A stretch of DNA of 56,846 bases, filler included, from Basidiobolus ranarum (taxonomy: Eukaryota), in assembly GCA_040143965.1 (NCBI GenBank). It is 4 parts of 4 records of this genome, joined end to end, with 100 filler letters (N's around TTAATTAATTAA, not from the genome) between each part and the next. Parts side by side here need not be neighbours in the genome. Positions count along the whole stretch, not along the records: positions 42,731 to 56,846 come from JASJQH010007317.1; 3 more parts are not named here. One strand, given 5' to 3'. Positions within the stretch are counted from its first letter, which is position 1; the number at the start of each line of letters is the position of its first letter. Below are positions 43,095 to 55,549 of this stretch, in pieces. Below the pieces are notes generated by a model. That model was not told where the DNA came from, did not search any database, and saw only the letters and a program-made list of their open reading frames with translations. The translations under genes and the position numbers were made by a program.

Positions 43095-44449
43095 TCGAAA
43101 AATACGATACCAACCTACAATGCAATGTTGAAGAAAGTTTCATCATTGAAAATGGAAAATTTTCCCATGTTTGTAAGCAGCATACTGTATACAGTTGTAC
43201 AAATCTCTCTTCGGAGATATACATATGTAAAATTTCGAATGCAACTTATCAATACGTAGACACTATTGGCATTGCTCAATAGCTGTGGACCTTGGTTTGT
43301 ACTGTGTTCAAATGTATTTTATTTCTTCTTCACCATATCAATCTTTGAGAGGAGATTTCTTTTATACCATCTTAAATGGGATTTAGAAACACGCTTATCC
43401 ATGTTTCTTCTATCCTACCTTCCTCTACCCTCCATTAGTTCATTTCATCGGAATTCTGGAGTTTCACAAAGAGAGAATATATATATAAGCAAAGAACATA
43501 CTTGAATCAGACTTCGAAGTGGCTATTTTAAATAAATTCGTACTACTGTCAACACCTCCGTCAATCGCTAAAATAATCCTATTTCAAATTCCGAAATATC
43601 GCCAAGTACCTCGGAACTGGCTGTATAACAACTCTTCTCTAATACTCACTATTTAGTGGAAAGAGCCACCTCCCGAATACAACATATCTAACCTGAATAT
43701 GAAACAGCAATTTTTAGCTATCAGCTTGGAATATAACGTGAAACCACTTCCCCTTAACGATTTCATACTGACGGCACAGGCTCGAGAGTCGAAGCTGTTC
43801 AAATGCATATTGGGTTTCAACGAAGAAATCCAAATACAAGACATCTTTCCTAATCACAGTTTCGGTCTAGTTAAAACTGTACATATATATAAAGTATAGA
43901 GTTTCAAATGAACCGGGAACTCTCAAAGGTTTAAATTTAACTCAAACCCCCTAATCAAACTTTATTCACTCGCCCAATGGTGGATGTCGATGAGAACACC
44001 AAAAATAGTGCATGTAGTAGTCTGAATGGATCAATACTTAAAAGGTTGAGTTTCAATTCCAAGGAATAAGAAGCAACTCAGGGAGCTCATTGCTTGCAGA
44101 AAGGTTCATGTATCGAACTTCATAAAGAAGTCCATAAACTAACGAGTAAGGGGAAAACGTGACAGAAGGTAGATGAAGATGTGTACGAGGAGAGAAGTAA
44201 TGACAGGCGATGGAGAATGAATTCCAAATCAAGAACCAATTGTTATGGTCATTTTGTTAATCAAGGGTAAAGAAATTACCGAAAAAATTAAAATTTGCTC
44301 CACATGATCGTAGAGCTCGCATAAATCGAAAAAGAGGTTATATAAAAACACGAACTTTTTTCGAAAAAAAATCGAATAAGAATTTAACGAAACAAATATA
44401 TCAAACAAGAAAGAAGTTGACAAAGAATTCAATGGGCACAGAGAGAAAG

Positions 44450-46198
44450 TTAAGAAAAGGCTCTTAACCCACCTCCATTTAGCCCAGAACCAGATCTACC
44501 GTCATGTTGTTGCGCATTTTGCTGAGGATTGATGTTGCCTCTGCCTTGCTGAAGCTGGTATTGAGCTTGTTGTTGCTGGAATTGGGGATACTGAGGAGGG
44601 TGTTGCTGGTAGGCGTGGGGTGGAAGTTGCTGACGTTGTTGGAACTGTTGCTGCTGATACATTTGAGGCGGGGCAGGTTGAGGCTGAGGTGGAAGCTGTT
44701 GGACTTGCTGATTGGTGTTTGCTTGCTGTTGGGCCTCAGAGGCATCTTCCAAAGCACTAGGAGCAACGTACAGGCGTTTGTCAATCACTGGAGGAATGGG
44801 TTGGATTTCAGTGCCAAGCTCCTGCTCGATCTTATAAAGATTGAAGCGATCTTCATAGGTAATAAGATTTATGGCTACACCAAGATGACCGAAACGCCCA
44901 CTACGCCCGATACGATGAAGATAAGTCTCGGCATTTTTGGGGAAATCAAAGTTGACAACAACATTTACAGCTTGAATATCGATACCACGAGTAAGAAGAT
45001 CAGAGCAAACTAGATTACGGCATACTCCGTTACGGAAATCGTGGAATACTCTATTACGATGACTTTGAAGCATTTTGGCATGACTGTAGAAGCAAGAGTA
45101 GCCTAGCTGAGTAATCTTTTTGGCAAGTAACTCGACACGGTTGGTAGAATTACAGAAAATAATGGATTGATTGATTTGAAGTTTGGAAAAGAGAGTATTT
45201 AAACAATGGACTTTTTGACGCTCCTCCACAAAAGCATAATATTGGGTAACACCACGAAGAGTCAACTCATCCATAAGATTGATCTCGTAAGGCTTAGTCA
45301 TATGGCGATCCTAGGATTGCAACGAATGTTAGATTCACGTAACAAACAAATACCAATACTACACAGATAATCACCTTGAAGTACTTGACAATGATCGGAA
45401 AAGTGGCACTGAAAAGCATGATTTGACGATCTTTGGGGAAGAAAGTAAGCAGTTGCTCAACGACGGGGGAAAATTCAGGACTCAACAGTTTGTCGGCTTC
45501 GTCCATTACAAACGTGGGGCATTCACTGAAGTCGGCGATGCCTTTACCAGCCAAATCTAAAATACGGCCAGGGGTACCAACTAGTACGTGGACAGTTTCT
45601 TGAAGTCTCATAATATCATCTTTCAAAGTGGTTCCACCAGTGGTAACCATTACTTGAACACCCATATGCTTACCAAGAGTTTTGCAAACTTGTGATGTCT
45701 GAAGCGCAAGTTCTCTGGTGGGGACAAGTAGGAGTGCTTGAATCTTTAGCACCTTGGGGTTCACTTTTTCTAGTGATGGAATAACAAAAGCAGCGGTTTT
45801 TCCAGTTCCATTTTTGGCCCTAGCTAGAACATCTCTTCCTGTCAGAGCGATAGGAATAGCTTCCTCTTGGATGGGAGATGGGCGCTCAAATCCAGCCTCG
45901 AATATACCCATTAATAATTCGCGCTTTAAGAAATAATCTTCGAACTCATTGCCTTTAGTAGCGGTAACATCCTGAGATAAGTGTTTAGTATGATCAACAT
46001 AAGATCGTGGGAGTACAAGATCGATATACCTCAGTCTGTGGACGGCTGTCTTTGGGAGGAAGAGCTAAAGATTTCTTCCAATTGTCATTGTCATGACTGA
46101 TACGTAAACGGTTTAGAAAATTAATGTTGATCCAACATGTAACAAAGTTTGAAAACTTACGAGGGGTATTGCCCGTTAAAGTTGTTTTGGGAGGCCAT
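44450..46198 (-). CDS. DHH1: DEAD-box RNA helicase Dhh1/DDX6; exons 46198-46161, 46096-46030, 45971-45375, 45310-44450
   Basis: [49 protein letters not shown]-rich C-terminal tail. Confidence 0.97.
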
Positions 46199-47757
46199 CG
46201 TGTTTGTATATTTAACAAAAACAGAGATATGTGGCGAGATGTTTTAGAATAATATTTTTGCTAGATAAGTCAAGCTTCTTCCGGAGGCAAAGTATAGAAC
46301 AGTCTAAATAGCTTGCTAAGTACTCTTGTTTCACAATAGATGGAGCGTTTCGTTAACAGGTAGATTTTCTTTATACAAGTCTGCTGCATATAAAATAAAA
46401 TTATGAGCAAAAAATGAAAAAAAGATCCTATTGATTTGTCACGTAAAAGGAACCAAACAAAGCGCACTAAAAAACTCACATCTGGGCAGAGTTGTCCACA
46501 AGCTTAACAAAAGTAAAGTCTGAGAAAAAACAGATAAGATAAATGTGCTTGGTGTTTGTGGATGAGGCGTTCAGAAGATGCAAGTTACAATGTTATGAGT
46601 TGTAATCAAGGTAGTGATGGCTTTACTGGGGTTTAAGCAGCGTTGGAAACTCAAGAAAGTTTAAGATAGAAGACGCACTAGGAGTAACATAGAAGAGAAA
46701 TATCTCCATATCATCACGGCAGGATAAAATTTCTCCCTCGAAATTATCCCATACCCCTGCCGGATCATCGCCCATAGAATTAACTCATTGGCCATCCAGG
46801 TGTAAATATCTAGCTTATTTTCTTACCGAATGACTCGAGGATGGCTTCAATCTTTTGGGGGATCTCAATTCGCTCGAACATTATTTTCAATGTGGTGATC
46901 ATAGGTGGATTCAAACCTTACTGAGATTCTCGATATACCCCAAGCATGATTGGATGATTATCATTTGCAGAGAGACCATTACGAAAGCAGCTTCGTCAAC
47001 AGCATTCAGGAAGAGGCCAAATGGGGAATAAGGAAATAAGCATTTATCAAGATGTGACGAAACTTCAATCTGGATTTTGTTAATGGCACTCTCACTCTCC
47101 AATCAGAGCACCCAGTCGTGATCCAGGAGTCATAACGCTCGACATTATGCATGGATGCGTACTCTGGATTGAGGTGCCCTGATTGGTGAACTGAGTGAGG
47201 TGGAATCAGGAAACGGTGCTGCAGTTTACTATGAATTTGCGTAACTACCAGCTCCCCGTAGTTTACGTGGTGTCACGCTGCAGAAGGGTTTCGAGATAAA
47301 TTGTCACAACTACACATCTTAGACTAGGCATTGTCACTTTGGAAATAGGTGCATTTTATTTCTGATGCTCTAGCAATGAACCGGGGAACAAGTGTGAAGG
47401 ATGGAATTGTCATTTGTGCCACATTGGTTGCAAACTATCGACCAAATGGCCAGTATAAATGAGCAAAATGTGAGCAAGACATGATGTTAATATACCGAGA
47501 AAGGTAGTGGCTGATAGAACTAAAATACACAAAAGAAATTAAAGAAACGCATCAACGAGTGGGTGAAATTGATGCTTGTATGAAGAAAAATGAAATAGAT
47601 GTGAATCATGGAAAATATGATGGCCCTGATCACGGACCAAGAATGATGAATGGTAAGCATAATGAGTGACCAAATAATTATGATATTCTTGCTAGAAAAT
47701 GAGTTCAATAAGGGTTTGGAAGATGGAATCGAGTCTGCTTCGATACGAGGTCTCGCT

Positions 47758-50700
47758 TTAGAGTTGACGAGGTACTTGAATCGTCTCAATACTCTGAATA
47801 ATATCGCCTTCTTGGAAGCTTTCGAAGCCGTCAAAGGACATGCCACATTCGATGCCTTTCTTGGCTTCTGCAACATCCATTTTAACTTGCTTCAATGACG
47901 TAAGAAGACCTATAAAGAAAACATAAATTAGCAACTGGAATCCTAGCGAATTTACTATTTGAGAAAATACCTTCAAAGACAGTTTCGTCTTGTCTGATAA
48001 CTCTGATTTTGTTGTTCTTCAAAATAGATCCATTTGTTACCCTGCATCCAGCAACTGGCGAGGTTAGTCTCCCCTTGACATTAATCTGGAAGACTTGTTG
48101 GATTTTGGCTTCACCAGCAACCTTAGTGGTGTACTCTGGTGGAAGTAGTCTAGCTAACATAGTCTTGGCATCCTCTAATAGCTTGTAGATAACAGTATGG
48201 CTCTTCACTTCTACTTTCTTGAGTTTTGCCTTCGCCATAGTTTGTTTGTCTCCTTTGACGTTGAAACCTAAAACAACCCCTTCGCAAGCGGATGCCATAT
48301 CCACATCCGCCTCAGTAATGGCACCTACATTAGAGTGAACCACCTTTAAACGAACCTCATTCGAGGGAAGGCCTCCCAACGAGGCTACAACAGCTTCTAC
48401 CGTTCCACTCACGTCACCTTTGACGATAACAGGCAATTCAATGATCGGATTTTTTTCTTCCTCGCCACTCGAATCTTTAGATTCACTGCGTACCATGACA
48501 GGGTATGTAGTTCTCAAACCATGGTAATACTCCCAGACGTCTCGCTTAAATTTCTTCTCCTTCAAGCGCTCCTCTAACTGCTCCTCACGTTCTTTTTGTC
48601 GTCTTTCACGGATGACTTCGATGTCTTTCATCTCAAGTTCACGCGTAGCACGAATTCTACGGTTTTCAGTTACTGTTTTGGCCAAAGACTTGTGTAGAAA
48701 AAAATAAACATTATCAATACGGGTTTTAACTACACATCATTTACAATGTAAATTACTTCGTCACGGGCCTCCAACATCTCGTCACCAGCATTCGGTAGGT
48801 CCTTCCAGCCAATTATTCTTACTGGGGTTCCAGGTCCAGCTACTTTGATAACCTTTCCTTTATCATCAATCATACGACGAATCTTACCCCAAGAAGTGCC
48901 AGCAACGACCACTGAACCACTCTTTAAAGTGCCACGATGTACCAATACTGTAGCAACGTTCCTTGAAATTAAAAAAACCAAGTATTAATATATCACACAC
49001 ACCTTCTAACAAACAATGAAGACTAATTACCCGAGTCCTTTTTCGACTTGCGACTCCAAAACGACTCCTTCGGAAGAACCATCTACTTCAGCACGTAAAT
49101 CGAGAACTTCGGCTAACGTAGAGATATTTTCCTCCAGCTCTGCGAGACCCATACCCTAATAAACATATAGTAGTTAGTATATGATAAAATTAGAGAGCTT
49201 GTGATAATAATCATACAGTTAAACCAGATATAGGTACAGCTTGAGTGTCACCACCAAACTCTTCTAATTGTACATTGTATCTAAGCAACTCCTCTTTGAT
49301 TTTTTGCTGAAATTGAGATAGGTTAGAAAACTGTAGAGTGGTGATATTTGCATGATTTTGCTTGGGAAACCAATTAATACTTACAGTATTGATATTAGGC
49401 TTATCGCACTTGTTTATAGCAACAATCATGGGAACTGTAAAATGTGGAATATGTAAGTCATGATGGATATATTAAATCCTCAAGTCCATAACCTACCTCC
49501 AGCTGCAGTAGCATGGTTAATGGCCTCAATGGTTTGTGGCATCACTCCATCATCAGCTGCTACTACCAAAACTACAATGTCAGTAGCATTTGCTCCACGA
49601 GCACGCATAGCACTAAAAGCAGCATGGCCAGGGGTATCAATGAATGTAATCTTCTTTTTAGAAGGAAGGGTAACTAAAGGATAAACCATCAATAAGAGCG
49701 CTTGTGATAGTACTAATTATCTGGAACATACCTGAAAATGCACCAATATGCTGAGTAATTCCACCAGCTTCGCTAGCGGCTACTGAGGCCTTTCTTAACG
49801 AGTCTAGAAGTGTAGTTTTTCCGTGGTCGACATGGCCCATGATTGTAACAATGGGTGGTCTGATTGAGTAAATCGACATATCTTCCGGCTTTGGCCGTGG
49901 GTAAAGATCCAAAGAAGCTACAGAGTCAACTATAGGATTCATATCATACTCCATCACGACTAAAGAGGCCTCTTCAGAGGTCAATACGTAGTCGTGTCGA
50001 GTATTTTCCATTTCCAATTCTTTCATTTTGTCAACCAACTGCTCATATTTGACACCGATAACTTTGGACAAATTTGCTACATTAATAGCTTCAGGAATAA
50101 ATACTTCACGCTGAGTCTTTACTGTTTCAGTTAGAATCTTTTTCTTCTTTTCCAAAATTTGCTCCAAATCTTCGTGGCCAACAAATTCCTCTTTATTGTT
50201 AGCCTTTGCGATTACTTCACGTCTTTTTTCTTCGCTAAAAACGGGCTTCTTGTCCTTCACACTCTTCACATTGTTGGCTGGTTTGGCTATTTGATCTTTG
50301 GGCTTGGGTATCTGTGTCTCCATGATTTTATCTAATGTTTGGCCAAGTTTCGTGGATGGTTTTTCGACATTAACAGACTTGGCCCCTTCTGCTTCAAACA
50401 CATTATGTAGTATCCTTTTTTCAATATCGTTGTTTGTATTGGTTTTCCACTTGCCGAGATTAAAATCAGGAGGGTTTCTTTCGTTTCTTCCGTAAGAAGG
50501 TTGGGTCACTTCTCTTGACCAAGTCCCAGTAGGGGGATTGGTAATAGGAGCTGGTTGCTCCACAGGCTCTGGTTTGGCCCATTTGTTGGACTTTTGGGTT
50601 TTTTTTATTAGAGCCAAACGCTCCTCGACTGAAAGTTTAGTAACCGGGGATTGAGTGAGAAAATCGTTGAGTATACGCTTTTCAACAGGCTTCGACCACT

Positions 50701-50922
50701 TATTGTCATTATTTTGTGTAGGAAAAAAGGTCTTGAAAGGGCGAGGGCTATTCGCACGGGAATTCGTACCGTGGATACTGCGAATATGCGAGGGAAACTA
50801 AGGAAATGAGTTTGTTCAGTATCAGACACGACTACATTGACAACTATAGCATACAATACCTTGAGTTTCGAGATGCGGGAAAGGGGATTGCTCCTCGAAC
50901 AATTTAAAGTCAATTGTGACAT
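47758..50922 (-). CDS. IFM1: Mitochondrial translation initiation factor IF-2, multi-exon
   Basis: [52 protein letters not shown]; basic presequence-like exon 1 ([21 protein letters not shown]). Confidence 0.95.
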
Positions 50923-52151
50923 GATATAGGTTTCTAGCTTAGGTCAACTTTCCTTCTATATAAAAAATTCTCAACTATCTACTGAAAGTATTAGAAGCTC
51001 GAAGAAGTTCCGTTTCACTCTTAAAAAAGGAAACAAGTAAACTTTTCAGAGGAACCGTAAAACTACTGCGCAACGGAAAAATACTCCATCTGATAGAGGA
51101 TTTCCTAAAATTTCCATCAACTTTTTTCACTCAGTACCTCAATTTCGGAAAAATTTATATCTCAAGTGATCTTAAAAAATTTACTTGTTTAAGCGAGGGT
51201 CGAACGTTGACTCAGAGCGTGGATACCAAATGTATATGCATTAGCGTTTAGTCAAACTACTGGTTGTATGTATTGCTGGCTTGTTCGTTGCTGCTAAGCA
51301 GAAATAAAGGATTCGGAAATAGCCTATCATGGAATCATGGCTTAAACTGACTTCGTGCTGGCAAGTGCAAATCGGGATAATCATTAAATCAGTGTACTAA
51401 TTAGTTTAAACGAAGTATGAATCCAAATCTGGCCTAGATTCTTTACTTATTGAGGATTCTCCACAACGCCGAAATATTGCCTTGTGAATTACAAGCTAGT
51501 TGGTGTGGCTTCTAACGTTTCCTACAAAAAAGTAGTATTTCGCAATTGTGGTTGGAGAAAAAATACTAGACACATATCATTACTAGAAATAAGCTTGGAA
51601 CCTAGATATATTGGATCATGTTGAGTCCAGGCTACTGTTACTGTTTCAATCCTTCTTTTGCTTGATCACTTCTTCAAGCAACCTAGCAGCAAAGACTCGT
51701 TACTAACTAGCTAGGTTCCTTATGTAAACTTCACGATGTTTCGCTTAATGCAGCATGCACTCAAATTTCCCGCGATTTGCTGGGAAGATCTCAAGAGCCA
51801 TGCTGATTCTTTCTCTTTCAGAATGAGTATATTGGCCAAAACATAGGCCTGTATTCTATATCCAGATATATAGAACTAGGAAACAATCTCTATATAAGCA
51901 AGATGGCACTTTTCTTATCCGCTGTTTTGAGCAAGTCACACTGCAGCTTCAGCCAGCCCGCAGGCAATCGCAAGGTGCACTCCAAGCTAGAAGGCCCACT
52001 AACGAATTCAACAGAATGTAGAGTGTAGGCTCTCCTTGTTGAGTTGATAATTGTCATATACTGTAGTTATGTACTGTATTCTTCTGTTAGTGTCGATTTT
52101 ACTAAAAGAAGCGAGCGATCTATTGTGATATAAACTGTACAGAACCAATGA

Positions 52152-52313
52152 ATGGATTTTGACATCATTCAGGAAACAATGGATGAGTCAACTCTACCTA
52201 TACCTAAACCTATACCTAAGCCTATACCTAAACCTAAAGAATCAGAATATTTCAAAATTTTCACCTGCAACTGGTTATCGTGCTTTCCGATTCTTGGTTG
52301 TGGCATTTGGTGA
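52152..52313 (+). other. 53-codon small ORF containing a 12-bp tandem repeat encoding (PIPK)3
   Basis: MDFDIIQETMDESTLPIPKPIPKPIPKPKESEYFKIFTCNWLSCFPILGCGIW*; TATAAA ~20 bp upstream. Confidence 0.3.
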
Positions 52314-52987
52314 TCAAAGGGATACCCAATTCGTGCGTTTGTGGATTTGTGGAAGAGTATCTGATCTTTAGTAATCCCATGATGCATATTTGCAAGGTGA
52401 CTATTTCTGATTAGTAGTGGATATTTCCTACCCCAGTAACCACATGTGTCCCACTCCATCCAACTTTCTTGGCCATCATAGGATACGACGTCTTTCAGGG
52501 ATCAATAAGGAAAGCGTACTACCTAAACACCTGTCATGGATGACAATGAATGCAGTAAGCTTTGAAAGCTGGATTACTTAACTGGTCTGCTCTTGGGAAA
52601 AATCGGATTTGGACGCTTGTGCGATCTACATCACTGGTTAACCTCGCTTCTAATATGATGCTGTACCAGGCGACATGGAACTCATGACTTGTATTTCTCG
52701 AGATTTCTTCAGATTTATATTCGTTCCTTTGGCCGATCGCTGAAAATTCCCACATGATTATACTGGAAGTATTTTCCCGACCGAATTTCCAGAGTGGTAA
52801 CACCATATTTACAAATAGTAACAAAGCCTTGGACAGTTGGCAATATGTATCTATTTGTGAGAGTAGAGCAGGATATCGACCCGCCAGGATGCTACAGAGC
52901 TTGCATCCCAATCACATATAAATGGTCTTCACAATCTAATTTTCTTCAGTACTCCAGGTCTCAGCTTCTCTTTCAGTCACAGTAATA

Positions 52988-55549
52988 ATGAGACTACAGC
53001 AGTTGTTCCTTCTTTCTGCTCTTGTTTTCGCTGATTCAGCTTTCGGTAGTAGGCCCACTGATGTCCTGAGGACCATCCCTTCAACTTATGCTGGCAAGGC
53101 CAAATTTATACCCAATGCTTACATTGTTGAGTTTGATCAACATAGTGATGATACCGGTGTCAATCGTAAAATTCAAGAAGATTTCCACTCATCTTTAGAG
53201 AAGGAAGGTATTAGATACACTAAACGTGCTGAGTTCACCTCCGTCCTGAATGCTGTCTCCATTAATATCGAGTCTGAACACCTCGAACGTATTGCAAATA
53301 TGGCCAATATCAAAGCAGTCTGGCCAGTTAAGAGATACCAAAAAAGTACTCCTGTGAAAGCTCACAAAGGGCAATCCCTTCCAGCTAGCCTGATCCCTTC
53401 AGTTCATTTCATGACTGGGGTAGATAAGGTTCACAAGGAGTTGAAATTTACTGGTGCTGGTATCAAGGTGGGCGTCATCGATACTGGTATTGACTATACC
53501 CATCCTGCCTTGGGTGGTTGTTTTGGCAAAGGCTGCCGAGTATCCCATGGTTATGATTTCATCTCCGATACATATGACGGTGTTCTAGATCATATCAAGA
53601 CCGATGATGATCCTATGGATTGTCATGGCCATGGCACTCACGTTGCCGGTATCATTGGTGCCAATGATCCAAGCTTTGTTGGCGTTGCTCCCGACGTCAC
53701 ATTTGGTGCTTATAAAGTCTTTGATTGCTATGGTGGTGGGCCTGAAGATTTGATCATTAAAGCAGTGGAAAGAGCGATGAAGGACAAGATGGACTTGATT
53801 AATTTATCACTTGGTGAGCCCTCTCCTTGGTCAGATGATCCAGTAACTCGCTCCCTAGATAAAGCTACCTCTACCGGAATGGTAGTCATTGTAGCATTGG
53901 GTAATGATGGTACCAACGGCATCTGGACCGAAGGAAGCCCCTCTACCTCTAGAGATTCTATCTCCACAGGTTCTGTTGATAATGCTAGATTGCCGGGTCA
54001 GAAGTTTTCAGTAGACCAATTGAAGACTGAGGTGTTCGTAGCTGCTAGGGAAGGTCTCAAGCCCGTGACATTCAAAAAAACACCCATTGCTGGTGTTGAA
54101 GGAAATGGCTGCAATCCTTATGAAACCGATGTCAAGGGTAAGCTACTAGTGATCAAAAGTGGTGGCTGCGACAATGTCGCCAAATCAATAAATGCTAGCA
54201 AAGCTGGTGCCTTGGGTATTTTCATTTATTCAGCTCTAGATGGTGCCTTGGTTCCACCTTCACTTCATCCCAATGCAACTATTCCAATCATGGGTTTGGA
54301 GTTTAAGACTGCTCAGCGCCTTATTGGAGCTCTTGCAAAAGACAAGTCTTTAACTTTGACTTTTGATAAGCAGCTTAAACTTTATCCTAATCCTAATGGC
54401 GGACAACCCTCGACATTCACATCTTGGGGTCCAGATATGGAGCTTGGCTTCAAACCGGACTTTGTCTCACCAGGTGGAAACATTTACTCTACCTATCCTC
54501 TGGCTCTCGGGTCCTATGCTCACTTAAAGGGCACGTCGATGGCCTCTCCTTATGCTGCTGGCACAGTTGCTTTGATGCTGAACGCAAAGGGTAAATCAAA
54601 GAAGATGCCACTTCACATTCGTGATCTTCTCCGCCAGACCGCCAAGCCAATTGTTCAACTTGGGGAGAAATCACTCATACCCGTTGCCAGACAAGGAGCT
54701 GGATTGATCAATGTATATGACGCAATTCAAACAGATAATGTGGTTTCCCCAAGCGGAGTTACTCTGAACGACACCACTCACTTCAATGCTCATCGTACTT
54801 TGACAATCAAGAATTCTGGAAAGAAACTCTCTCTTTATACACTTAGCCATATTCCTACACTCTCCGTAAATGGCTACGATAAGAATGGTTACCCAGTCCC
54901 CCAAGCCAATATCACTTATCTTCATCAAGCTGCATCTGTTCGTTTCAGTACTCGTCGTATATCTGTGAAGCCAGGCCAATCCGTTAAATTTAATGCACGT
55001 TTTACTCCACCTCGTTTTGGTAAAGATGAGAAGGTCCTCTATAGCGGATTTGTTGTTCTCACTCCTAGAGATCCAAAGTCCCAAGTGATCCGTATCCCCT
55101 ACACTGGCTTATCTGGTGATCTGTACAGTGCCAACATGCTTGACCTCAACGGACCTAGCCACCCACTTCTTTTGAACAAGAAGACGAACAAGCCAGAGAC
55201 CCACTTTACCCTACAGGAAGACAGCATACCTGTTGTTGATTTCCATTTGGTTCATCCAACCAAGGAGCTTCAACTTCAAGTTCTGGACAATAAAGGCCGC
55301 GTACTTGGATCTGTACTTACTAAAAATGGGGTCAGAGATGCCCGTCCTAGAGGATACCTTGGTGCCCGTACCAACTTCGAATTTAACGGTGTGATTACTC
55401 AGCAAGACAAGCGTGGTAGAGAACGTGAGGTTCAAATCAAGCCTGGCACATATCAATTCCGTCTTAGCGTTAGAAAGCTATTTGGAGATAACAGAAGAAA
55501 GCAAGACTTCGAAACCTGGGTTTCTCCAAAATTCACCATCACCAAATAA
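52988..55549 (+). CDS. Secreted subtilisin-like S8 serine protease with I9-like propeptide, PA insert and Fn3-like domain; intronless
   Basis: Signal peptide, VIDTG (Asp), HGTHVAG (His), GNDG (oxyanion Asn), GTSMASP (Ser), FTSWGP, KPDFVSPGG, QGAGLIN. Confidence 0.95.
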   Translation: MRLQQLFLLSALVFADSAFGSRPTDVLRTIPSTYAGKAKFIPNAYIVEFDQHSDDTGVNRKIQEDFHSSLEKEGIRYTKRAEFTSVLNAVSINIESEHLERIANMANIKAVWPVKRYQKSTPVKAHKGQSLPASLIPSVHFMTGVDKVHKELKFTGAGIKVGVIDTGIDYTHPALGGCFGKGCRVSHGYDFISDTYDGVLDHIKTDDDPMDCHGHGTHVAGIIGANDPSFVGVAPDVTFGAYKVFDCYGGGPEDLIIKAVERAMKDKMDLINLSLGEPSPWSDDPVTRSLDKATSTGMVVIVALGNDGTNGIWTEGSPSTSRDSISTGSVDNARLPGQKFSVDQLKTEVFVAAREGLKPVTFKKTPIAGVEGNGCNPYETDVKGKLLVIKSGGCDNVAKSINASKAGALGIFIYSALDGALVPPSLHPNATIPIMGLEFKTAQRLIGALAKDKSLTLTFDKQLKLYPNPNGGQPSTFTSWGPDMELGFKPDFVSPGGNIYSTYPLALGSYAHLKGTSMASPYAAGTVALMLNAKGKSKKMPLHIRDLLRQTAKPIVQLGEKSLIPVARQGAGLINVYDAIQTDNVVSPSGVTLNDTTHFNAHRTLTIKNSGKKLSLYTLSHIPTLSVNGYDKNGYPVPQANITYLHQAASVRFSTRRISVKPGQSVKFNARFTPPRFGKDEKVLYSGFVVLTPRDPKSQVIRIPYTGLSGDLYSANMLDLNGPSHPLLLNKKTNKPETHFTLQEDSIPVVDFHLVHPTKELQLQVLDNKGRVLGSVLTKNGVRDARPRGYLGARTNFEFNGVITQQDKRGREREVQIKPGTYQFRLSVRKLFGDNRRKQDFETWVSPKFTITK

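Noticed and set aside
44504..45013. 169-aa Leu-rich ORF on the + strand
   Set aside because: Antisense shadow of the Gln-rich DHH1 exon.
46620..47160. Protein-like fragments on the minus strand between DHH1 and IF2
   Set aside because: Interrupted, with no recognisable family; overlaps the likely DHH1 promoter region.
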